Part shown: piece after piece, positions 27,331 to 35,516 of the stretch | How positions within the stretch are numbered: position 1 is the first letter of the stretch | Layout: every line of letters begins with the position of its first letter | Source of the DNA: an uncultured euryarchaeote | GTDB lineage: Archaea > Thermoplasmatota > Poseidoniia > Poseidoniales > Poseidoniaceae | Direction of reading: 5' to 3' | DNA length: 37,888 bases | Assembly: GCA_937897005.1 (NCBI GenBank) | Contig: CALCOQ010000255.1 | Location: forward strand, 1 to 37,888 | Translations under genes and position numbers: made by a program | The notes under the pieces: model-generated | What the model saw: the letters and a program-made list of their open reading frames with translations, nothing else | The model's database searches: none | What the model was told of the DNA's origin: nothing

Positions 27331-27840
27331 TCAAAACTCCATGTTCCACAATTCGTCTCCAATCCAATGCAAAGTCTTCACCGCCTTGCCGCTCGTTGCC
27401 TCAACCATTTCTTCAGCACTCAAGCAGGCCCATCCAAGTGCCAATGGGCGCTTATGCTCTTGGTCTCTTATCCAAACAAGGTCGCCTTCCACTATCTCCT
27501 CATGGGCAGCATGAATCCCTGCAGCCATACAATCTGCCCCATTCATCAAGAATGGTGTGGCTCCTCTGTCCACCTCCAACCATCCTCTCATAGGAGTATT
27601 TGCCAATAATCCTCTGAGCGTCAAGGAGGCCACTAACTCACCATCTTGATTCTCAATCTCCACCGTATGCGGTTCCTTGTCCACAATCATCAATCTCCAA
27701 GGGCCATATTCTGCAATCTCAAGAAATGCATCATCGAGATTCAAATCAACACCCAAAGATTCTTCCAATGCAGCGAGAAGTGGGGCGACCTGCTTACGCC
27801 TCACCGGTCGACGTTTACGTACAACCCAATCCTTGCCCAT
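27331..27840 (-). CDS. Pre-PUA/PUA RNA-binding protein (DUF1947 + PUA; Tma20/MCT-1-like)
   Basis: VDRGATPFLMNGADCMAAGI, PLALG, GKAVKTLHWIGDELW. Confidence 0.93.
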   Translation of the reverse strand: MGKDWVVRKRRPVRRKQVAPLLAALEESLGVDLNLDDAFLEIAEYGPWRLMIVDKEPHTVEIENQDGELVASLTLRGLLANTPMRGWLEVDRGATPFLMNGADCMAAGIHAAHEEIVEGDLVWIRDQEHKRPLALGWACLSAEEMVEATSGKAVKTLHWIGDELWNMEF

Positions 27841-27933
27841 GTTCCTACCTGAAGGATTCCATTGATGAGGATGTCCATTGGAATGATGACATAGTGGGGT
27901 ATGACTCAAATCCGCGGCCCGCCTCCAAGGTGT

Positions 27934-28269
27934 ATGGATATCCACGAATTCCATGAAAACCGTGAACGTAGAATGGACCTGCTGATGTCAGAAGAACATC
28001 GAGGTATCAAGAGATTCCTCGCTCTGGATAGTGGCGCTTACCGCGATGATGCTCTCGATGGTAGAACCAAGGAATTGTTGGGACTCGTTGCATCGACTGT
28101 GTTGCGTTGTCAGGAATGCATCACCTATCATGCTGAAAAATGTCTTGAACGCGGATGGTCGAAGGATGAATTGCTCGACGCACTGAATGTCGCGTTGATA
28201 GTGGGGGGTTCCATCACCATCCCGCATATCCGAGAAGTCTGGGAAACAATAGCCCAGATAGATGAATGA
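27934..28269 (+). CDS. Carboxymuconolactone decarboxylase/AhpD-like protein
   Basis: ALDGRTKELLGL, LRCQECITYH, VALIVGGS motifs. Confidence 0.92.
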   Translation: MDIHEFHENRERRMDLLMSEEHRGIKRFLALDSGAYRDDALDGRTKELLGLVASTVLRCQECITYHAEKCLERGWSKDELLDALNVALIVGGSITIPHIREVWETIAQIDE

Positions 28270-28952
28270 ATGGAGGAATTCTTCTGGCAACGATTTGGTG
28301 TGCAATTCGTACCTATGCTTCTCATGCTGATGAAATGGGAGAAAGTAGTCTAACAGTACCGCAATTCTTTCTCAAACCAGAAGCTGCATTGTTGTCTTCT
28401 CCACTTGATGACCCACAGTGTATAGATATCATTGATGACGAAACGATTCAGCATGAAGTTGAACTCGTCCTCAGACTCGGACGAGATATTGACCAAGGAG
28501 AAGATGATGAGAAATTGGCCTCTGCAGTCGATGCAGTTTGTATCGGAATCGATCTAACCAACAGGCCTGCTCAATCGCGACTGAAGGCGAAAGGGTTGCC
28601 TTGGACTCGTTCCAAAGCATTCCGCAGGTCGGCGATCATTGGAGACTGGTATGAGTTGGAGGGAGATGACATCCACAGTCTCAAACATGGGTGGACTTTG
28701 GAACTCAAGGTCAATGAACAGAATAGAATGAAGGCTGGAATTGTAGAAATGACCTCTAATCCACTTGAATTATTGTCGGCTTTGAACGAGTGGGCGCCAT
28801 TGAAAAAAGGCGACCTGCTCTTCACTGGAACTCCCGCAGGTGTGGACTGGCTGAAGGATGGAGATGTCGCTGTTGCAAGGCTGAACGATGCAGATGGTCG
28901 CCTCAAAAGTTGCTTGGCCGTTGATTTCATCATACCCTCAGAATTGAAATAG
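28266..28952 (+). CDS. Fumarylacetoacetate hydrolase family protein
   Basis: Y..HA.EMG, FFLKP, HEVEL, GIDLTNR, PWTRSKAF, GDLLFTGTPAGV. Confidence 0.94.
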   Translation: MNGGILLATIWCAIRTYASHADEMGESSLTVPQFFLKPEAALLSSPLDDPQCIDIIDDETIQHEVELVLRLGRDIDQGEDDEKLASAVDAVCIGIDLTNRPAQSRLKAKGLPWTRSKAFRRSAIIGDWYELEGDDIHSLKHGWTLELKVNEQNRMKAGIVEMTSNPLELLSALNEWAPLKKGDLLFTGTPAGVDWLKDGDVAVARLNDADGRLKSCLAVDFIIPSELK

Positions 28953-28987
28953 GGATGCTGAGTCGGCGCATCCCCAGAGGGTTCATC

Positions 28988-29368
28988 ATGGCACAGTGGC
29001 ATGGCGTTTCGCGAAGAAAATCTACCGGCGGCCGCAGGGTCAAGGCTCGAGGAAAGAGAAGTACTGAAATCAGCAGTGAAAAACAACTGGCTCTCATCGG
29101 CGAATCGAAGAGAAAGATCTATCGCAATACTGGAGGAAACACTCTCGTTAGAGTACTCATGGAAGACAAAGTGAGTGTCAGCAACCCAAAGACTGGGAAG
29201 ACCGAGATGACCACCATCAAAACAGTGGTTGAGAGTCCGGCAAATCCGAATTATGTCAGGCGAAATGTACTCACTAAAGGAGCAGTCATCGACACAGAGA
29301 TGGGCCATGTGCGCATCACCAGTCGACCCGGTCATGATGGTGTCATCAACGGCGTTCTACTGGTTTGA
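28988..29368 (+). CDS. rps8e: 30S ribosomal protein S8e
   Basis: SRRKSTGGR, ANPNYVRRNVLTKGAVI, TSRPGHDGVING. Confidence 0.98.
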   Translation: MAQWHGVSRRKSTGGRRVKARGKRSTEISSEKQLALIGESKRKIYRNTGGNTLVRVLMEDKVSVSNPKTGKTEMTTIKTVVESPANPNYVRRNVLTKGAVIDTEMGHVRITSRPGHDGVINGVLLV

Positions 29369-29429
29369 AGACCAGTTGTTCTCAGGCGTGGCCTTCAAGG
29401 CAGCCGCCCCCACCCGATGAGTGAGAAAC

Positions 29430-29900
29430 ATGGCACACAATCCTGACCGCATCATTCTTTGGCCGGGATACTTCAATTCTCGTTCCTCGAGAAGAAATGG
29501 TCGTCGCGTGGGTGTGGATTGTTCTGTCAAGAAACCAGACCTTGAAGGTCTTGCATGGGCCGCACGCCAAGCTGGTGTCAAGAAAATGAAACGGGAGGAC
29601 AGTATTTCTCATCCAAAGAGACCCTGGGACAAGGAAGGAAGGCTATGGGTCTCCAGAACTGCAGCTGAATCGGACCTTGGAACTGGAAAGAAAGAAGAAA
29701 TTTTACAGATAATTGGACACAAATGGCGTGAACTCAATGTCCAACGCCAGAACGAAGAAGAGGAGGCAAACAGGAGAGGACCTCGAACTGGGGATAAACG
29801 AGCAAGGGCACAGCGAAAGACAAGTGGTGCTGCAAAACAAGCCGCGGCCCGAGCCCAGAAGAGCAGGCAACAACGCGGGCGTAAAAAATGGAAAAATTGA
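29430..29900 (+). CDS. srp19: Signal recognition particle protein SRP19
   Basis: ILWPGYFNSRSSRRNGRRV and HPKRPW..EGR motifs; follows rps8e as in other archaea. Confidence 0.93.
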   Translation: MAHNPDRIILWPGYFNSRSSRRNGRRVGVDCSVKKPDLEGLAWAARQAGVKKMKREDSISHPKRPWDKEGRLWVSRTAAESDLGTGKKEEILQIIGHKWRELNVQRQNEEEEANRRGPRTGDKRARAQRKTSGAAKQAAARAQKSRQQRGRKKWKN

Positions 29901-29988
29901 CGGATTCAGGGTTATTGTACTGATTTCGAACTTTGTGATGATTCTCCCCACCATAATGCCGACATAACCTTGAATGGTGTGCAATGCA

Positions 29989-30004
29989 CCCCTTCGCGAA
30001 GGGG
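29989..30004. repeat. Perfect 16-bp palindrome CCCCTTCGCGAAGGGG
   Basis: Self-complementary; ends 7 nt before ATG 30012. Confidence 0.9.
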
Positions 30005-30011
30005 GGGGCGT

Positions 30012-31199
30012 ATGAGTGAGCAACTTGCAGTGAGTGGGGTTGAACAATCTTCTCAGGAGCCTCTCCTCGATTCACAAACTGAAGAGAAGAGTTCTGTACT
30101 GTTCGTTTCTGCTTCAGATGTTGAACGGCATACCTACTGTCCATTGTCCTGGCATTTGTCTCGTCAAGGCGTGAATGCTTCAGGAGAAGGTGTGCAAGAA
30201 GGTATCACCAAACATTCTGAAATCAATGAGCAGATGCTTGAGTATCAAAATGCTCGTTCAGACTTGAGGCGTCAAATAACCATCTGGACCTGGTGGTTCG
30301 GTATCATCATCGCATATTCCATCGATGCTGTGGCGTTCTTTTCATTGACAAGTGCATTCCCCCCAACTGACCTCGCCAGATATCTGGTGTTACTCGCGTT
30401 AGTCTGGCTGGCCCTTTCTATCACATTGATCTTGGTTCCATGGAGAGAATGGTTCGGATGGGACACTCCAATACAATCTCTGGAGAAGGGCCTCAAGGTC
30501 TGGGTTGAAGAACATTCGATCACGAGTGTCATTCAGGGTCCTGACTTCGAGGGAGGGTGGACCAAAGGAGGGCGAATCGAGGCTTCTTTGATGCTAGGAG
30601 CGATTGTGTTGACAATCCACGGAGTAGCTTTGTGGGGGGTGAAGAACCGAGAACAGGCTGGGTTCATTCTATTGATGGTCGCAATGCTCTGGACTCTTTT
30701 CTCCTCATGGAGGTTACAGCAGGCACTGGTGGCTGATGTTGTGGCAAATCACTCCATTGGAGAGACAGGACTGAAAGATGGTTCAGAAGTTGTGTTCAGT
30801 GATGAGGGTGGAGATGCGGGGATTCTCATTGATGAAGAACTCGGATTACGAGGGAAACCAGACCAAATCATCGTTGTTGATGGTGATTTCATTCCACTTG
30901 AACAGAAGACTGGCAGGATTCCAAAGAGCCCTTTTGCATCGCATAAGATGCAATTATTGGCATATCTGAAATTGATTGATGCCAACACCTCAATTCGTCC
31001 ACCTTATGGGGTACTGAGATATGGCAAGGATGAGTTGCATCAAATTGATTGGGACGAAGAATCTGAACAGACATTGATAGACTCGGTGCATGAAATTCAA
31101 CGATTGATGCGTGAAGGAGGGGCGACACGGAATCATGAGAGACCTGGAAAGTGTAAGAATTGCTCACGTAGACACGGTTGTTCAGAATCACTCGTCTGA
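30012..31199 (+). CDS. Solo Cas4-like PD-(D/E)xK nuclease with 4-TM insertion
   Basis: SASDV...YCP, G...H, LRGKPD, EQKTG, QLLAY and CKNC-x5-C; four hydrophobic helices between motifs. Confidence 0.9.
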   Translation: MSEQLAVSGVEQSSQEPLLDSQTEEKSSVLFVSASDVERHTYCPLSWHLSRQGVNASGEGVQEGITKHSEINEQMLEYQNARSDLRRQITIWTWWFGIIIAYSIDAVAFFSLTSAFPPTDLARYLVLLALVWLALSITLILVPWREWFGWDTPIQSLEKGLKVWVEEHSITSVIQGPDFEGGWTKGGRIEASLMLGAIVLTIHGVALWGVKNREQAGFILLMVAMLWTLFSSWRLQQALVADVVANHSIGETGLKDGSEVVFSDEGGDAGILIDEELGLRGKPDQIIVVDGDFIPLEQKTGRIPKSPFASHKMQLLAYLKLIDANTSIRPPYGVLRYGKDELHQIDWDEESEQTLIDSVHEIQRLMREGGATRNHERPGKCKNCSRRHGCSESLV

Positions 31200-31259
31200 A
31201 TGCGTCTTTCCAGATATTGCTCTCGCAACTGTGATAGAGGTGCTCATCATCAGAGGTTC

Positions 31260-31631
31260 ATGCAAGAGTATTGCATCAAACTACCAGACAAACCCGGCCA
31301 GATGGCTGACTTGTGCGAAGCATTGGCTGCAGAAAATATCAACCTCCTGACCGCCACTGCATTGACAGCCACAGGTGCAGTTGTTGCTCTGGTCACCGAT
31401 GATGAAGTAGGAACCACAGGAGTTCTAGACCGCCTTGGACATGAGTATCATGTCAGTGAAATACTGTTGGTGACAATGCCTCACCAACCTGGTTCGTTGG
31501 CAGCATTATCGCGTACAATGGGTAATGCTGGCATCAATATCAATTCAATATACATCATGAGCAAGGATGATGACAAGGCAGTCATCGCTTTCACTGCTGA
31601 CGATGTAGAGGCAGCACGTGAAATGATTTGA
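31260..31631 (+). CDS. Tandem ACT-domain protein
   Basis: LPDKPGQMADL..ALAAENINL and MPHQPGSLAAL...MGNAGININSIY repeats. Confidence 0.92.
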   Translation: MQEYCIKLPDKPGQMADLCEALAAENINLLTATALTATGAVVALVTDDEVGTTGVLDRLGHEYHVSEILLVTMPHQPGSLAALSRTMGNAGININSIYIMSKDDDKAVIAFTADDVEAAREMI

Positions 31632-32678
31632 TCAAACCATGTTCAATGGGAGATTGAGTTGCACTTTGTGCAACCATCCAAATGGGTCTTGAGCCAACTC
31701 GGTCTGTACTCCAGTCAAAGCATTATACAGTTCTCTTGTTATCGGAGCCACATTACCATCCATGTAGACCTTCTTCTCCTCTTCATGGGTGATGGAACCT
31801 ATCGGGGAGATGACTGCTGCCGTCCCGCAGCAGAATGCCTCATCAGACTGCATGGCAAATTCCGCGCTGACCTTGGTCTCTGTTACTTCATATCCACGAT
31901 GTCTGGCCAATTGAATGATTGAATCGCGGGTGATTCCAGGCAGGATGGTTCCTGTCAACTCTGGAGTATACAGATGCTTGTCCTTGACACAGAAGAAATT
32001 GGCAGCACCAACCTCTTCAATATTCAAATGCTCAACAGCATCAAGATAGATGACCTCAGCATATCCATTCTTCTTTGCATTCTTGGAAGGCATCATCCCC
32101 GGAGCATAATTGCCTATTGCTTTGACACCGCCTGAGCCACCGGGGGCTGCTCTATGGAACTCATCAGAGATCACTAATTCAATGCTCGTCAATCCGCCCT
32201 TGAAATAGGGCCCAACAGGGGTCACGAATACGCAGAAGGTGTAGGAAGGTGATGGTGCAACACCCATTATCGGACCAGTCCCCCAAAGTACCGGTCGTAC
32301 ATACAATGCCCCTCTACCTGATGGTGGGATGAAATGAGAATTGGCCGCGACCACCTGTTCAACAGCATCGATGAACATTGATTCTGGGACTGGCGGCATT
32401 CCAAGACGTGCAGCTCCTCTCTGGAAACGACGGGCATTCTCATCCGGTCTGAACAGAACCACATTGTTCTGGACGGTGCGGTGTGCTTTCATCCCCTCGA
32501 ATATTCCCTGTCCATAATTGAGAACACCTGCTGCCGGATCAATCTCAAGATTACCATATCTTCTCATCTCACCAGGATGCCAAGGCTGTCCAAGTTCGCA
32601 TTCTGCGACATACATGTAATCGGTCTGAGTCAAAGAAAAAGTCAGTGAATCCCAATCGATGTCGGCCGCGCCTTCCAT
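31632..32678 (-). CDS. ilvE: Branched-chain amino acid aminotransferase
   Basis: LNYGQGIFEGMKA, LFRPDEN, LYVRP, GVKAIGNY (PLP Lys), EEVGAANFF, ILPGITR, GTAAVISP. Confidence 0.96.
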   Translation of the reverse strand: MEGAADIDWDSLTFSLTQTDYMYVAECELGQPWHPGEMRRYGNLEIDPAAGVLNYGQGIFEGMKAHRTVQNNVVLFRPDENARRFQRGAARLGMPPVPESMFIDAVEQVVAANSHFIPPSGRGALYVRPVLWGTGPIMGVAPSPSYTFCVFVTPVGPYFKGGLTSIELVISDEFHRAAPGGSGGVKAIGNYAPGMMPSKNAKKNGYAEVIYLDAVEHLNIEEVGAANFFCVKDKHLYTPELTGTILPGITRDSIIQLARHRGYEVTETKVSAEFAMQSDEAFCCGTAAVISPIGSITHEEEKKVYMDGNVAPITRELYNALTGVQTELAQDPFGWLHKVQLNLPLNMV

Positions 32679-32833
32679 CCTGACTCCCCCTATGACGCAA
32701 CCGCCCAAAGGCCAACTGCGACTGTCCATGAGCCTCGGGCTTTCAATGCTTGCTTCTACTTCATCAGACCCCAATATTGAGCCTCGATTGCCAAGGTTCA
32801 TGTTTCATCGACACTCAACATCACTCGGTGGAC

Positions 32834-35473
32834 ATGGCTGATTGGAGCGGTGATATCGCAATTCTGAGTGTGCGATGGCCCGAACATCAGAATATTGATT
32901 CTCCAAGCACAGTAATAGAGATATGTGGCCGTTCCCGAAATGGGCTTTCAGTCATTGCATTTATCAGTGGCTTTACACCAAGTATCGAGATATCTATACC
33001 AGGAATCTGCAAGAACGCGAATGATCTGCCCAACGATATTGAACACCGTCTTGAATCAGTGAAGAACATGGATGGTGTTGTCGTTGTGCAAGAGCCCGTC
33101 ATCAAATGGACCGACCTTGGAGAAAAGAAACATTGGCGGATTGCGATTGAACAACCATCCATGGTTTATAGATTGAGAAAGAAATTGAAAGAACGATGGA
33201 CTTTGAGCAGTGCTGACATCCCATTCGGAAATCGATTGTTTCTCGATATGGACATTGGGCCTCACATTCACATCTCAGGTGAATTGCTGCATTCTGTAGA
33301 ACAACCTGGAGATGCAGATGCCATCAGAAAAAGAGGAGGAACGGGCGTATACCCTGTTGATATCATCATCTCAACCGATAAGAATGGAATCACCACCATC
33401 GAACCCTTCCAGGCTCCATGGGTGCTGTTCTCATTCGACCTTGAGACAAGTATCGAGAACGATTCCATCCTCTGTGCAGCTGCTACTCTGGAAACATTGG
33501 CCCCGGATATGGATGAACCGGTGCAAGAGGTCCACACATTCGTTGGTGAAGAAGAATCGATAATGCGTGAATTGACACAACTGGTCCGAGACCGCGACCC
33601 AGATATCATCACCGGATACAATATCGATAATTTCGACCTTCCTCGAATCAACAACAGGATGGATGCACACTGTCGTGCAAAAGATATTGAGAAGAAAATG
33701 AAGTTATTTGGGTGGGGGAGAGTACCCGCGAATTCAGAAGAATGCAATCGTAATAGACAGGGGCTCTTGCCAAAACGCGCATCGACTCGAGCCTGGACCC
33801 TCGGGGGCAGGGTGGTGATGGATGCATGGTGGCAGGCGCGCAGTGTCCTACGTCCGCGCCGTGAAACGCTGAAATTCGTCTCAGAACTATTGTTTCCTGA
33901 TGATGAAGAATTGCGTAAAATGGATGTTGACGCTTCAAAGATGGACGAAGAATGGGCTGCAAGACCTGAAGTGGTTCTTGAGTACTGTGCTCGAGACTCG
34001 ACTTTACCACTACAGATACTGCGCAAGATCCAAGCGACCAGACGTAAGGAAGCAATCGCCGCTGTGGCCAAGGTGCCATTCGAAACTGCTGCCAATGGCA
34101 CTACCAGTCAATTGCTTGACAGTCTGGTCATCAGATTGGCTGAAACAAGAAACGTCGCTGTACCGATGACCGGAAGTGCTGCAAAGAAAGAAGGTCAAAT
34201 CACTGGAGGATACGTCCATGATGTGGAGGCTGGAATGCATCCATGGATCGCAGTGCTTGATTTCAAATCGATGTATCCCTCGATAATGATAGGCAACAAT
34301 ATCTGTCACACGACCAGAATTGATCCATCTCACCCCATACAACCTGCTGAAGGTGAATTGGTGCACATATCTCCAACCGGAGCACGATTCCGCAACAAAG
34401 AGGAGAGAGAAGGATTGGTCCCTTTCCTCCTGCAGGACCTGATGTCACAAAGAGACCTGCACAAAACAGCGATGAAACAGGCAAATGCTGATGGTGATGC
34501 ATCGGGGTTTGCATTCCATGACCAGATGCAATATGCTGTCAAGATCATGATGAATTCTTTCTACGGGGTCTTCGCTTCTGGATTCTACAGGTTCACTCAC
34601 CGAGACCTAGGTTCATCGATCACAGCATGGGCGAGACGCAACATAAAGGGAATCATACAGCGGTTGGAAGATGAAGGACACCACGTGGTATATTCAGATA
34701 CTGACTCTATTTTCGTCAGAATTCCAGTAGATGCTGATAGCCCTACCGCGCCTCCTGAAAAGGGAAGTGAAGATGAAAAGAAATGGACGGCAGCAATGGA
34801 GGAGATGTTGCGCTTCGGTGAAGAAACTGCTGAACGTTTCAGTGAAGAATCTGCGGTACTTGAATTCGAGACCGGGCTTTCAGCATTCTTCTCACATGGA
34901 GCCAAGAAACGATACGTTGGGAGAGTGGTCTGGCCCAGTGATGACCTGATGATCAAAGGATATGAGACTCAAAGGACTGATTCCTTTGAAGTATTGACAA
35001 AAGGGATGCAGAGAATGTTTGAATTGGTTCTGGATGGAGACGAAAAGGCTGCAATAAAACTGGCAAGAGAACAGATTGAGAAAGTAAGGAATGCCGAGGT
35101 AGTAGCAGAAGAATTGGTCATCTCCAAGCTGTGCAAAGGAGAATTCAGAAAGGACGGGAGTATAGATTTCAGCAAACATTACGCTAACCCGAATGGACAG
35201 GCACAGGTTCAGGCTGCTGGCAAACGTATCGAAAGAAATCTTCCTTTCACGCCAGGGATGAAGATTGGATTCGTGGTCACGAATGCGAGAAAACGTCCTA
35301 TGGTGGTGGAACCTTGGAATGAAGCAGAAGAAGATGGAGGCATCGAAGAATATGATGCTGTATTCTATGCTGAAAGACTTGCAACCGCCTTCGGAAGAGT
35401 ATGCGAGGCCTTTGGATGGAGTGCTGATGAATTGATGAAAGGTAATCGTCAATCATCACTTTTCTCATTTTGA
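32834..35473 (+). CDS. polB: Family B DNA polymerase (PolB3-like)
   Basis: Exo motifs FDLET, GYNIDNFD, YCARD; polymerase motifs LDFKSMYPS, KIMMNSFYG, YSDTDS, KKRY; C-terminal PIP box QSSLFSF. Confidence 0.97.
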   Translation: MADWSGDIAILSVRWPEHQNIDSPSTVIEICGRSRNGLSVIAFISGFTPSIEISIPGICKNANDLPNDIEHRLESVKNMDGVVVVQEPVIKWTDLGEKKHWRIAIEQPSMVYRLRKKLKERWTLSSADIPFGNRLFLDMDIGPHIHISGELLHSVEQPGDADAIRKRGGTGVYPVDIIISTDKNGITTIEPFQAPWVLFSFDLETSIENDSILCAAATLETLAPDMDEPVQEVHTFVGEEESIMRELTQLVRDRDPDIITGYNIDNFDLPRINNRMDAHCRAKDIEKKMKLFGWGRVPANSEECNRNRQGLLPKRASTRAWTLGGRVVMDAWWQARSVLRPRRETLKFVSELLFPDDEELRKMDVDASKMDEEWAARPEVVLEYCARDSTLPLQILRKIQATRRKEAIAAVAKVPFETAANGTTSQLLDSLVIRLAETRNVAVPMTGSAAKKEGQITGGYVHDVEAGMHPWIAVLDFKSMYPSIMIGNNICHTTRIDPSHPIQPAEGELVHISPTGARFRNKEEREGLVPFLLQDLMSQRDLHKTAMKQANADGDASGFAFHDQMQYAVKIMMNSFYGVFASGFYRFTHRDLGSSITAWARRNIKGIIQRLEDEGHHVVYSDTDSIFVRIPVDADSPTAPPEKGSEDEKKWTAAMEEMLRFGEETAERFSEESAVLEFETGLSAFFSHGAKKRYVGRVVWPSDDLMIKGYETQRTDSFEVLTKGMQRMFELVLDGDEKAAIKLAREQIEKVRNAEVVAEELVISKLCKGEFRKDGSIDFSKHYANPNGQAQVQAAGKRIERNLPFTPGMKIGFVVTNARKRPMVVEPWNEAEEDGGIEEYDAVFYAERLATAFGRVCEAFGWSADELMKGNRQSSLFSF

Positions 35474-35516
35474 CAAGATTGTAAAGAACCAAAGCACTGC
35501 ACACTATCCGAAATAC

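Noticed and set aside
29900..31260. CRISPR-Cas locus around the Cas4-like gene
   Set aside because: No repeat-spacer array and no cas1/cas2 or effector genes in the window.
34690..34710. Inactivated PolB because motif C is YSDTDS rather than YGDTDS
   Set aside because: Both Asp residues and all other polymerase/exonuclease motifs are intact.
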